From the NCBI RefSeq assembly GCF_003044035.1, contig NZ_NVQC01000038.1, positions 6,669 through 38,668 of the forward strand: 32,000 nt of DNA. The letters are read 5' to 3'. The notes beneath the pieces are model-generated. The model did no database searches. It saw only the letters and a list, made by a program, of their open reading frames with translations, and had not been told where the DNA came from. Made by a program: the position numbers and the translations under genes. Positions 1 through 8,990 of the stretch are shown piece after piece (the stretch's first letter is position 1; each line of letters begins with the position of its first letter). This stretch comes from Candidatus Methylomirabilis limnetica (GTDB taxonomy: Bacteria > Methylomirabilota > Methylomirabilia > Methylomirabilales > Methylomirabilaceae).

Positions 1-399
1 TTCAATTATTTGGAAACTTGTCTGGATATGAAACCGTTGAATATTATACGGCACATTTGAATTTGTATATGTATCGAAGAATTCAATTGGTTTGTTTTTA
101 TACTCATGAGTCAGTCCGTGATAACCGAATTCAATGCACTCTGTATTTTCCTTAAGCAAAGCTATAAGCTCTTCCGCATAGGGCAGAGGGGAAGACTCTG
201 GCGCAATATGATTCACGTCCAAATACTTCATAGTAAAACACAGAGGGATTCGCATCTTATATTGCTTGGCGAGACTCAACACATTGCAGTAAAAGTCCAT
301 AGTAATTTTCGCACTATCTCTCTCTGGGTTTACGCATGGAAATCCTGCATCATCTACTATGATGAAAAATGGCCATTTTTTTCCGAATAAAATATTCAA
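1..399 (-). CDS. partial CDS (first 133 codons, runs off the left edge): predicted polysaccharide deacetylase-like protein (NodB-fold / DUF2334-like)
   Basis: Hand translation of the minus strand; it is absent from the ORF track because it leaves the window. TTG at 399-397 follows GGGAGA by 6 nt, and an in-frame TAA lies upstream at 426-424. It reads (M)NILFGKKWPFFIIVDDAGFPCVNPERDSAKITMDFYCNVLSLAKQYKMRIPLCFTMKYLD...ECIEFGYHGLTHEYKNKPIEFF. An early 'VDDxG' and a later 'HGxTH' resemble the metal-binding motifs of deacetylase-like folds. The family call rests on motif memory only. Confidence 0.4.
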   Translation of the reverse strand, partial: MNILFGKKWPFFIIVDDAGFPCVNPERDSAKITMDFYCNVLSLAKQYKMRIPLCFTMKYLDVNHIAPESSPLPYAEELIALLKENTECIEFGYHGLTHEYKNKPIEFFDTYTNSNVPYNIQRFHIQTSFQIIE

Positions 400-469
400 T
401 AAGCATCTCCCTATTCTCAATACTTATAAGGATTTGCCCCACAACATCTCTACGCCGTCAACCCCGGTC

Positions 470-1576
470 TCACGACCTCGCCAGCGCCCGATATAGCTCT
501 TCCATCTTGCGCATGTTGGTAATATGGTCTGCCCTCTCTACCGCGATCTTTTCACTTCGAGCGCCAAACTCCTGACGAGCAACCTGGTCCTTGATAAGGC
601 GAAGCAAGGCGTTCGCTAGAGCCTCCGCGTCACCTCGAGGAACAACCCAGCCGTTCCACCCATCCTTGATCCACTCGAGGTTTGACGGCGCATCACTTAC
701 CACGGCGGGTAGAGCTGCAGCCATAGCCTCCAACAAGGAGACAGAAGTGGTATCAGATTGAGGCACAGATACATACACTTGTGCCCCTCCGTAGCATTCC
801 TCCAACTCTTCGTGGGCCAAGTCACCGATGAAACGAACATGCTTCTCCACGTCGAGATTCCTCGCCAGCGATTCGAACTGAGCCTGAAGGCTGCCGCCTC
901 CGATGAACACAAAATACACATCCCGCCGGATTCTAGAAAGAATCTTCGGGATAGCTCGTATAACCGTGTCTAGGTTATAGATCGGCTCAAAGCGCCGCGT
1001 ACTCAGCACCACCAGCGCATCCCGCGGTACTCCCGCGAGTTGACGTAAGCAGCCGCTTCCCCGTAGCGAGTGGATGCGTTCCACGTTGACTCCCCACTGA
1101 ATCAATGCAACGCGGTCTTCCGAAACGCCGAGTGCCACCACCGCTCGCTTCAGGTCCTCTGAGTCCACAGTCACGAGATCGCAACGGCGCAGCCGCCAGC
1201 GCGTCACCCACCAGCGGAAGCGGGATTTGGTGGGACCCACCAGGATATCAGACCCCCATGATGTCAGCACGAGTGGGTGCCTGCGAAAGTAGGCTGCGTA
1301 CCCTCCTGACCAGGAAACACAGTGGCCATGCACTATATCCGGATTGACTACGCGTAGGATTTCTCGCACCTTCTTCCAACGCCGAATGAACCTCACAGGC
1401 CCTGGAATCATCCCCTTGACGTTCATGTCGTGAACCACTACGCCCGGAATCGCACGCCCAGCGTCTACATCCGTCGTGGCCAAATGGACATCATGGCCCA
1501 TGCGTACAAATGCCGATAGCCACCGAATAGTATGAATGCTCTTTGGGGGCGCAAAGTAGAAGAGGCGAAGCTTCAT
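470..1576 (-). CDS. GT4-family (GT-B fold) glycosyltransferase
   Basis: 368-aa ORF. The N-terminal half is typical of Glyco_trans_4-like domains (HDVHLAT...HGH...SWGSD). The C-terminal half has the GT1/GT4 signature region (FVFIGGGSL...VRFIG...YGGAQVYVSVPQSDTTSVSLLEAMAAALPAVVSD...G). Confidence 0.85.
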   Translation of the reverse strand: MKLRLFYFAPPKSIHTIRWLSAFVRMGHDVHLATTDVDAGRAIPGVVVHDMNVKGMIPGPVRFIRRWKKVREILRVVNPDIVHGHCVSWSGGYAAYFRRHPLVLTSWGSDILVGPTKSRFRWWVTRWRLRRCDLVTVDSEDLKRAVVALGVSEDRVALIQWGVNVERIHSLRGSGCLRQLAGVPRDALVVLSTRRFEPIYNLDTVIRAIPKILSRIRRDVYFVFIGGGSLQAQFESLARNLDVEKHVRFIGDLAHEELEECYGGAQVYVSVPQSDTTSVSLLEAMAAALPAVVSDAPSNLEWIKDGWNGWVVPRGDAEALANALLRLIKDQVARQEFGARSEKIAVERADHITNMRKMEELYRALARS

Positions 1577-1626
1577 AGCTCACCCTGGTGCAGCAGAGAC
1601 ATCTTCAATGGCACATCCGTCATTAC

Positions 1627-3050
1627 GAGTCAATCCCATTCTTAGTTGACAATGCGAAGCGGCCTCCCATGTCTCTTACGCCACATGCTCTTGCCGTTGG
1701 GTGCTCGAGGCAATCTCCCGTTGAAGCGCAGCGCGCAGCGGTGGCAGGTGCCGGTAGCCCTTGATCCGGTGCAGACGCGGCTCGATGGTCAGCAGCGCAG
1801 AGGCCACCCAGCGGTGCTTCTGCTCGGAGTTGCGCCACCGATCACCCTTATCGGTGTAGGCCCCGAGCTGCGCATTGAGCGACTCGATGCCGTTCGTCGT
1901 CTTCAGGCTGATGCCCAGGGAGCGGAACAGGCCCAGATGATGCAGGGTGAGCGTCTCATCCAAGCCTTCGTCGAGGCTTGTGACCGCCGAGGCGTTCAGG
2001 AGCCGCAGTTCGGTCCGAAGGCTGAGCAGCGCCGCCTTCGCCAGGACAGAGGTCGGTTGCTCGTAGGCCGCCTGGAGCGTGCGGCGCCAGAGCGTGCGCT
2101 GGCTCTTCGGGAGGTACGCCACACTGTTCTCTCGCGTATGCCATTGACACCGCTGCACGAGGGCCTGAGACCCGAAGACCGTCAGCAATCGCTGTGCGCA
2201 GCCCCTTGGGTCGATGACGCAGAGCAGACCTTGCTCGATCTGCAGGCCCCGCTCGATCAGCGCCCGGAGCAAGGCTGCGCAGACCCGTTCGTTCTCGGTC
2301 GCGGTTTGCACAAAGCCGAGGATGACCTTCTCCCCGGTCACCGTAATCCCCAGGGCGATGACGATCTCGTCCTCCGCGAAGGTCTTGCCATCGAGCAGCA
2401 GGGCAATGACGTCATAGCCGTCCAGCGTGCGCTCACGGAAGGGCCTGCAGATGCTTGGCGCTCTATCGGATGACCCTCCGGGAGACGGTCGAGGGACTGA
2501 GGCCAAATGCCTCGGGCACCGCCTCTGCGCAGATCTCATACTGGCGACAGGACAGGCCGTGCAGGATCGTCCGAAAGAGCCCGGCATCCGCGGCCCGTGG
2601 CTGCTCGCAACTGCTGGGAGGTACGCAGCGGGATCTCTGTGCGCCGCAGCCGATCCCGGACTCGCTGATAGGTGATCGGGAGTGTCTGATCGAGCAGGGA
2701 GACCGACCCGCGCTGGTGGGAGCACCGGACGGCCCCTGGGAGGCTGCGGCTGCGCTGGTACCACTCGCCTGTCAGCGCAGTGACCTCAGCCTTCAAGGTC
2801 TCTGCTACGGCCTGAAGCCCCAGGGGGATGAGCGCTTGGATCAGCGCAATCTTGGCATTCAGATCCTCGAGTGCGGGCACCTTGCTCAGCGCTTGCAGGC
2901 CCACGTCTTTGACCTTGCCTTGTCCCTGAATTCGCATGACTCTTTCATGGAGCGGCTCCTTTTGTCGTGCGGTTGTGGGGTGTCTTTGCCAACACCACTT
3001 CATCACGCAGGAGCCACTTCGTCAATTCTCAACTAAGAATAGCACACCTT
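1627..3050 (-). mobile_element. IS256-family insertion sequence, decayed, about 1.42 kb
   Basis: Imperfect inverted ends: 1637-1668 'attcttagttgacaatgcgaagcggcctc' against the reverse complement of 3011-3041 'attcttagttgagaattgacgaagtggctc'. It is flanked by a perfect 9-bp direct repeat 'cgtcattac' at 1618-1626 and 3051-3059. It encloses a Mutator/IS256-type transposase reading frame. The outermost ~10 bp of each end match poorly, so the exact termini are uncertain. Confidence 0.7.
1676..2937 (-). pseudogene. IS256-family (Mutator-type DDE) transposase, disrupted by two frameshifts and one in-frame stop
   Basis: The N-terminal part starts at ATG 2937 in the frame of ORF 2536..3006 (...ALIQALIPLGLQAVAETLKAEVTALTGEWYQRS...EIPLRTSQQLRAA). 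The middle part, 'RAADAGLFRTILHGLSCRQYEICAEAVPEAFGLSPSTVSRRVIR', is in the third frame and ends at TAG (2465-2463). 'SAKHLQA' follows, then a second shift near 2430 into ORF 1676..2764. That ORF carries the DDE region (DGYDVIALLLDGKTF...LCVIDPRG...CQWHTREN...TTNGIESLN). Confidence 0.8.
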
Positions 3051-3094
3051 CGTCATTACAGACTAACCAGGCGTACCGTAAGCCCCGTTATCTT

Positions 3095-3597
3095 TCATGG
3101 CACCGACGCTTGCAATGGCGTCGCCTCCCTTGCAGATCGGCTGATAGCAAGGTAACAGATAATGGCTATAAGGAATTGCCCCGTATAGGCAATGCTGGAG
3201 GCCAAGGCAGCACCTATCACACCGTATCGAGGGATGAGGACCAAGTCCAAAACCACTGTGAGAGCCACTACAACGCCCGCGTTAATGGAGTTATAGGCAG
3301 GGCGCCCCCCCTCTCCCGGTAATGTCGCTGCTGAACACCTTGACACCGCCCAGGAGCACAACGCCCGCCAACAGCACCAGCATTGGCATATAAGCACTCA
3401 CAAATGCCGACGCGTAGATAACAGGTATCGAGGCAGCTCCCCACCTCTACAGCAGATCCATCCGAGCCCTCACCACATAGATCCACCCCACAGTCATCAC
3501 CACGGACTGAAGTAGTCCAACGATGGACAGGACCTACACGATCGAAATCGTGGGTGCCCACTTCGGGCCGCGCACACAAAGCAGCCCGAGAATTAGG
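3095..3597 (-). pseudogene. remnant of a second Wzx/MOP-type polysaccharide flippase (C-terminal part only, with stops and a frameshift)
   Basis: ORF 3095..3397 ends with a typical flippase C-terminus (YNSINAGVVVALTVVLDLVLIPRYGVIGAALASSIAYTGQFLIAIICYLAISRS). Upstream hydrophobic segments (PLILGLLCVRGPKW..., VLSIVGLLQSVVMTVGWIYVV..., AASIPVIYASAFVSAYMPMLVLLAGVVLLGG) lie in another frame and are broken by two TAG stops. No intact N-terminal half exists. Confidence 0.5.
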
Positions 3598-3690
3598 GGA
3601 ACGTCACCGTAGCCATCGCCAAGAGCGCCCTAAGATCCGCAGCGCTAACCCGCGGCAAATCGTCCGCTATCTCTGACAGCGCCGAAAACA

Positions 3691-5526
3691 TCACACGGCT
3701 TCCAATCCCGATAATGTCATTGATGGGCTTTCTCGATATCTCTTTTCGAACACTTGCTGCAACCAAATTTCGAGTGTTAGATACCGACACAGCATCTCGG
3801 CGTAGTTAATTCCATTCATATAGTCCAGGCCCCCCACAAGAAAAGCATCAAGAGCCTCGATCACTCGCCATCGTGGGTAGAATTCTGGATATAATGCGGC
3901 CGGATTCTCAAGAATTTGGGAAAAAAAGGAGCGAGCTGGCTCTTGGCGGATCCAATTTGGATAATCGGTGTAATTCGCATCTGATTTCCAATTAATTCCT
4001 ATCTTGGCCAGGCGCCAACTAGCGGCGCGATGGAGCCGACGCCTAAACTTTCCAGCCCGTTCTGCGACTGACGGCCAGTTAATGGGAACCCCGGTTTTTT
4101 GCCACGGAACTCCTTTATAGAACAATGGGAAGTTCTGGAGAAGCATCCGCTTGTAGATGAAACTTTTGTACCTTAATTCATTGGGAAGAGAATACACATA
4201 TTCAAAAAGTTTGTTATCATAAAATGGCGTGCGAAACACGACTGCTGTTTGCGCATACTTGATCCCAGTAAACGCGAATCTTCGGAGGCGATTTTGCAGA
4301 AAATAGAAATCAGACGTATGAAGTGCCGAATATTCCTTGAAACTTGTCAGGAGATCAGGATTACATCGCATAGCCTGGGCAACAAGTTCGCGGCTTGCTG
4401 GCCGATGAACCAGTTCCTGTGTCAAAAAACTGCCACCCAGAATGACATCGCCGGCATGTCCGTGCACAACAATGTCAAACCATTCGCGATACAGATTAAG
4501 CCCCTCAATGCCGTGCATGTGCAAAAGGGCCAGTTCGCCATCCGTCCACCAGACACCGCCAAGCCGGGGAAGCAACCAATTCTGAGCTGTCAACTCGACA
4601 ATGTGGTGTGTGGCCCTTTTAAGTTTTGCGACCCTTGCAGCAATCCGAATATCGTCGCAGCCCGGTTTGCCGAACGTGACAGTTTGGAGTGACGTACCCT
4701 GCTGGGGCATCGCTGCCAAGATTGCGCGTGAATCTAGACCTCCGCTTAGCTCGATGCCGAACCGATGCTGGCTACTGGACCGTCGCAGCACCGCTTGTAT
4801 GAATAGTCGACCAAGCTCTTCGGCGATTTCGGTGTTGTCAAATGGCCCCCTCAGAGGTTCTATGTCTGCCCACCACCAATAACGCTGCTTCTGCACAGAA
4901 GAGGTAGAGAGATTAACGGTTAATACGCTGCCAGGTGAAAGGAGGTGAACACCCAAAAACCAGGTTCGGTCCTCGAGCAAATAACCGATCTCGAGGAATT
5001 CGGTGATTGCCTCGGGATCAATACGAGGAGCAAAGAGGGGGAATGCGAGGAACGCCTTTAACTCGGAGGCCCAGACCACAGAGTCACCGACGATTGTCCA
5101 ATAGAGCTGACGCATGGCGTAACGATCGGTGATCAAATGCAGTGCTTGTCGCGGGCGGTCATAAATGACTGCAGAGTAATCCCCATCAATCCGTCGCAGA
5201 AACGAGAAGCTGCCATGATTTTGGATGAAGAGTTCGCCCAATAGGGCGGCGTCACTTGATATGCTCGCGTGCCGTCCGTTAGATAATTCGTCGCGGTTAT
5301 AAAGCTCGCCATCCAGCCACACCAAAACCTCACCTTCTTTGTGTGGCTGCGACTGAGATGGCAGGACGTTAATGTGAGATCTGGAAACAGCCACTAGGGA
5401 ATCAGTAAACAGTTGATCCCCTTTATAAAATGATTGGTGCGCAATCATGGCACGCATTTTTTCTAAGATGCGTCCCTCATCCTGTGCGAGCGCAGGACCA
5501 AGAGTGAATCCGACTAAGCCAGGCAT
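3691..5526 (-). CDS. asparagine synthetase B-like amidoligase (intact PP-loop synthetase domain; glutaminase domain lacks the N-terminal Cys)
   Basis: The 611-615-aa ORF aligns by eye to AsnB along the N-terminal domain: MPGLVGF vs MCGIxG; VWLDGELYNRDEL; IDGDYSAVIYD; ITDRYAMRQLYW; WASELKAF. 'IELSGGLDSRAILAAM' is the SGGxDS PP-loop. ATG 5526 is preferred over TTG 5538 because a GGGGG tract lies 5 nt upstream. Confidence 0.85.
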   Translation of the reverse strand: MPGLVGFTLGPALAQDEGRILEKMRAMIAHQSFYKGDQLFTDSLVAVSRSHINVLPSQSQPHKEGEVLVWLDGELYNRDELSNGRHASISSDAALLGELFIQNHGSFSFLRRIDGDYSAVIYDRPRQALHLITDRYAMRQLYWTIVGDSVVWASELKAFLAFPLFAPRIDPEAITEFLEIGYLLEDRTWFLGVHLLSPGSVLTVNLSTSSVQKQRYWWWADIEPLRGPFDNTEIAEELGRLFIQAVLRRSSSQHRFGIELSGGLDSRAILAAMPQQGTSLQTVTFGKPGCDDIRIAARVAKLKRATHHIVELTAQNWLLPRLGGVWWTDGELALLHMHGIEGLNLYREWFDIVVHGHAGDVILGGSFLTQELVHRPASRELVAQAMRCNPDLLTSFKEYSALHTSDFYFLQNRLRRFAFTGIKYAQTAVVFRTPFYDNKLFEYVYSLPNELRYKSFIYKRMLLQNFPLFYKGVPWQKTGVPINWPSVAERAGKFRRRLHRAASWRLAKIGINWKSDANYTDYPNWIRQEPARSFFSQILENPAALYPEFYPRWRVIEALDAFLVGGLDYMNGINYAEMLCRYLTLEIWLQQVFEKRYRESPSMTLSGLEAV

Positions 5527-5542
5527 GGGAACCCCCAAGCAA

Positions 5543-6970
5543 TTAGTTCGCTAAAAGCCGCCACAGATCTTTAATGTACTGCCGCTCAAAGTAACTGATT
5601 TGTAAAACAAAGATCGTGCTTCCAATGAGGCACAGAGAAAGAAGGAGCACAATATGGTTTCCAATTAAGACAGTCAGGATATTATTACTCAAAAGCACGG
5701 CGCTTGCCATAACGGTCACAAACGTCGCAGGGCGCACAAAAACAAGTAGGTACTGTCGCAATGGCAAATCTATCAGGCGGCAAACAATCCATACGAAAGG
5801 AAGGAAATACAGACCGACAAGGATCACATGTGAAATCGCCACAGCGGCGACACCATAATGCACAACTGCCGCGAACGTAATGGCGTTCAGGGTAGCACTA
5901 AAGCACTCCCACTTGAAATCGATGTCCACGCGACCCTTTGCCAGCAAGACGGAGCCAGACGGGTTAGCAAAAGACTTCAACACGCCGAGAAAGGCAAGGA
6001 TTTGAACCAAGCGGATGGCTTCCCCCCACTTTGGGCCGAATACGAGAGGTACCAAAACCGGTGCGGTCAGACCTGCTCCAATTAGCACTGGTAGTGTCGT
6101 GAAGGCCAGGAATTTGGCAATGGCGAGATACCCGCGGCGCAAGGCTGCATTATCAGACTGAACCTTCGCGAACAAGGGGAAGGCAACGCTGGTCAGAATC
6201 GGGTTGATCGTAGTCAAAGGAAGAACGACTAATTGATAAGCGAGAGTGTAACTGCCTAAGGCGTGGGGCCCGAGAGCGCGGCCGATAACAAGATAGTCGA
6301 TGTTAGCGGAAATGTAATTGACGAAGCGCTCACCCATCTGATAAAGACCGAAGTTGATGTAGCCCCTGAGATCGCGAAGGTCAAAGTGCCATGTCGGGTG
6401 CCAAGAGTGTCGGCCAAAAGCGACATACAGTGTCGCCGTAGTGGCTGCCGTGGCTAATTGCGCTAAAATGAGAGAGAAAACACCATGACCACGGAATGCG
6501 AAAATGACCGCTACGGCAGAGCCGATGGTTACAGCGATCATCTGGATGCGGGCGAGCAAAGCAAAATTGAGGTCTCTTTGCATGACATTGCGAAAAACGA
6601 AGCCGATAGCGTTAATTAAGAATAGGGGGGCACACCAGGGTAGCAACATTCTCAGTTGAGGTTCAGCATAGAAGGTCGAGAATAGTGGAGTCGAGGCGAT
6701 GATGAAGGTGGAGACCGCGGTTGCAAAGGTAAGATTGAGCCAATATAGGCTGGCCAACTGGTGAGAGGTAGTATCACGGCGTTGAATGATCGCATTACCT
6801 GTTCCTAGATCCATGAAGGCATCAATCAAGCCGAGCAGAATGGAAATCATTGCCATTAGACCGAAATCGACGGGTGTCAAAAGGCGGCTAAGGATCGCAA
6901 TCCTGAGCGTCTGAAGACCCACACGGAAGATGGCAGAAACAGTCGTCCACTTGACCCCATGTACAGCCAC
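5543..6970 (-). CDS. wzx: Wzx-type (MOP superfamily) polysaccharide/oligosaccharide flippase
   Basis: 475-aa ORF, highly hydrophobic throughout, about 12-14 predicted spans. The N-terminus is typical of 'polysaccharide biosynthesis protein' flippases (KWTTVSAIFRVGLQTLRIAILSRLLTPVDFGLMAM). GTG start; an in-frame TAA lies 60 nt upstream. Confidence 0.85.
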   Translation of the reverse strand: MAVHGVKWTTVSAIFRVGLQTLRIAILSRLLTPVDFGLMAMISILLGLIDAFMDLGTGNAIIQRRDTTSHQLASLYWLNLTFATAVSTFIIASTPLFSTFYAEPQLRMLLPWCAPLFLINAIGFVFRNVMQRDLNFALLARIQMIAVTIGSAVAVIFAFRGHGVFSLILAQLATAATTATLYVAFGRHSWHPTWHFDLRDLRGYINFGLYQMGERFVNYISANIDYLVIGRALGPHALGSYTLAYQLVVLPLTTINPILTSVAFPLFAKVQSDNAALRRGYLAIAKFLAFTTLPVLIGAGLTAPVLVPLVFGPKWGEAIRLVQILAFLGVLKSFANPSGSVLLAKGRVDIDFKWECFSATLNAITFAAVVHYGVAAVAISHVILVGLYFLPFVWIVCRLIDLPLRQYLLVFVRPATFVTVMASAVLLSNNILTVLIGNHIVLLLSLCLIGSTIFVLQISYFERQYIKDLWRLLAN

Positions 6971-7295
6971 TTCTCGGTGCTGGTCTTTTGATGGAGAACA
7001 TTGGAGTCGGATATCAGCGTGTCCATTGGATTAAGAAGTAAAGTTGTACCAAGAATAACCAGTAGTCAGACCGCATGGTACTGAGTCTGGGCGACGCCGG
7101 AAATGTACAGTATGTCCACAACCACCACGAATCTCCTCATGTTGGCTTCCAGACGGTACGATCGACCTCTTGCCCTTGACCCCTTACACGGAAAACGAAC
7201 TGTCCTGTCGTGAGTATGTAACAAGGTCTCGCTGAGATCGGCTATTTTTGACCTGCTCATTTAATTCTCACATCCGGCTAACAGCCGTTTAACCC

Positions 7296-8270
7296 TCACC
7301 GAATCAACCTTCTCAGGCGCCTATAAACGTGGTACATCGGATTCTCCCAACGCGATACCTTTACCCGCATTCGGGCGGCTCCAAAGGACTCCTTGAACGC
7401 CACAACGCCCGCATGTCCTCCGCTCGGATTAAAGTCGTACCACCGGTATCCGCACCCGTGAGCATCCCTGATAATCTCGGATTGCAAGAGGTTCGTCGGG
7501 CTATACGAGAAATACGATTCTAGCCCGGCACCATGCCACCAGACCGCGTGCCAGCCATTCCAGTAAAAAACCAAAGCGCCCGCCACCACCAGACCACGCA
7601 CTTCGGCAATCCACAGCCGGCACGCTTCACTTGACTGAGCGTACTCTCTTATGGCTTCGAAAAGTTGCCATGGGTATCTGCTCGTAACACTTCCCCCCCA
7701 CCGTCGGAGGCTGTCATGGTAGACTGCATAGTAGGCTTTGAAATCCTCCAGTGATTCCGCGATTCGGACTTTCACGCCCATCTTCACCGCCTTTTTTACA
7801 CTATACCGATTACCATGGCTGGTTCCTCGAAGCACCTGATCAATCCCGGCGGAGAGGTCGAGAACGTGCGTGAAGTCGTTACTTGCAAGGAACGGCCTGG
7901 GCAGCTCGAACGGCGCATACGGATTCTCAACAATCGTCAGTTCGATTGTACGAGGGCCGGTCAGCCTTGAAAGGATAGATTCGATCTCCCATTGAGCGAG
8001 ACGACGCGTCGAAATAACACCACCGTAAACATTTGCTGCAGTCATCGCGTACCCATGCATAAGCCCGCCCAGATGGATTGAAGTTTCGACGGCAGGCACG
8101 ATCGCCACGCGCTGGTCGTCCAGCAAGAAACCTCGTGCACATCGACGAACTGCTAGTCCGGCCGTTTCGAAGAGTCTGCCCCATGCCGGCGTGTGGAAAA
8201 ACGTCGCGTATTCGCAATTTCGCGCGACGTCCTCCCACAGCGTGTCCGATACCCATCCAAGCTCACGCAT
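7296..8270 (-). CDS. FemAB-like / GNAT-fold acyl(aminoacyl)transferase of the type found in EPS loci
   Basis: 324-aa ORF. N-terminal 'ATFFHTPAWGRLFE' and C-terminal 'FYWNGWHAVWWHGAGLESYFSYSPTNLLQSEIIRDAHGCGYRWYDFNPSGGHAGVVAFKESFGA' match the FemAB-family / BioF2-like acetyltransferase pattern from memory. Confidence 0.7.
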   Translation of the reverse strand: MRELGWVSDTLWEDVARNCEYATFFHTPAWGRLFETAGLAVRRCARGFLLDDQRVAIVPAVETSIHLGGLMHGYAMTAANVYGGVISTRRLAQWEIESILSRLTGPRTIELTIVENPYAPFELPRPFLASNDFTHVLDLSAGIDQVLRGTSHGNRYSVKKAVKMGVKVRIAESLEDFKAYYAVYHDSLRRWGGSVTSRYPWQLFEAIREYAQSSEACRLWIAEVRGLVVAGALVFYWNGWHAVWWHGAGLESYFSYSPTNLLQSEIIRDAHGCGYRWYDFNPSGGHAGVVAFKESFGAARMRVKVSRWENPMYHVYRRLRRLIR

Positions 8271-8344
8271 CGCGGGATCCCAGGAAGGCGAGATACCTCA
8301 GTATCGCCGAGAGCACTTCAATCCGCGGATATGTTTTCATCGGA

Positions 8345-8983
8345 TTACGCCTCGATCAGGATGTCATAATACGGGACGTTAAGAAGATAGCTCTCATCTG
8401 CACGTTGAGCGAGAAACATTTCCCTTCGGGCCAGCCAGTTCAGAGAGCAAACGAATAGCCCCGGTAGACAATTAGCCATACGGATGAAAATAGTGGATAG
8501 CTTGGAATTTTGCCTACTGCGAATTCGCCGTACAGTTTTGACACGAAAGTCTTTCGACAGCTCGGGAATATAATCGGACTCCATGCTCGCTCGGGCCACG
8601 CTTCCTGAGGAACGACCAGAGAGGCTGGCCTGTTCGATGAGAATCTGACGTCCGCTTAGCACGAGAACGCGACGTATTTCGGACACAATTCGTGGGAAAT
8701 CTGAACCTCCCACGAGGTATTGCATGACCCAACATGATAGGCACGTATCAAAAACCACATCCGGACCAGCGAGAACTAGATCCAAGGAGTCGGCACACCT
8801 TACCGAAGGATGCTCGGCCCAGAGCTGCTGTCGCCGCTCTGGGCTCGATTCACAAATCCAGGAAAGGACGCCAAGGTCGGCGAAGTTTCGAACCAGGTTT
8901 TTTCCCTAGTAGCCAGCGCCGATACAGGCGATCACGGCCTTAGGCGGTGATTTCTCGCGTCCATCGCAGTTATCATTGGGCAT
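8345..8983 (-). pseudogene. Rossmann-fold, class I SAM-methyltransferase-like gene interrupted by an in-frame TAG
   Basis: Hand translation from ATG 8983 gives MPNDNCDGREKSPPKAVIACIGAGY*GKNLVRNFADLGVLSWICESSPERRQQLWAEHPSVRCADSLDLVLAGPDVVFDTCLSCWVMQYLVGGSDFPRIVSEIRRVLVLSGRQILIEQ... The TAG (8908-8906) falls inside the Gly-rich nucleotide-binding loop. The downstream part is track ORF 8345..8785. The first ~60 aa could also be read as a Gfo/Idh/MocA-type N-terminus. Confidence 0.5.
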
Positions 8984-8990
8984 CCAGTGT

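Noticed and set aside
106-390. Track ORF 106..390 (+), 94 aa.
   Set aside because: It is antisense to a better-supported minus-strand frame that has an RBS and deacetylase-like motifs. Its own sequence has no recognisable features.
1676-3006. The split transposase might reflect programmed ribosomal frameshifting.
   Set aside because: Reconstruction needs two separate frame changes plus read-through of an in-frame TAG. IS256-family transposases are normally a single ORF. Decay is the simpler reading.
3593-3790. Track ORF 3593..3790 (-), 65 aa.
   Set aside because: Its upstream two-thirds overlaps the 3' end of the asnB-like gene. The rest lies in the decayed flippase region. It has no RBS or motif support.
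7066-7260. Track ORF 7066..7260 (-), 64 aa, in the 325-bp gap between the FemAB-like and wzx genes.
   Set aside because: It has no recognisable motif or convincing RBS and is Arg-rich. It is kept only as an unexplained gap that might hold a promoter.
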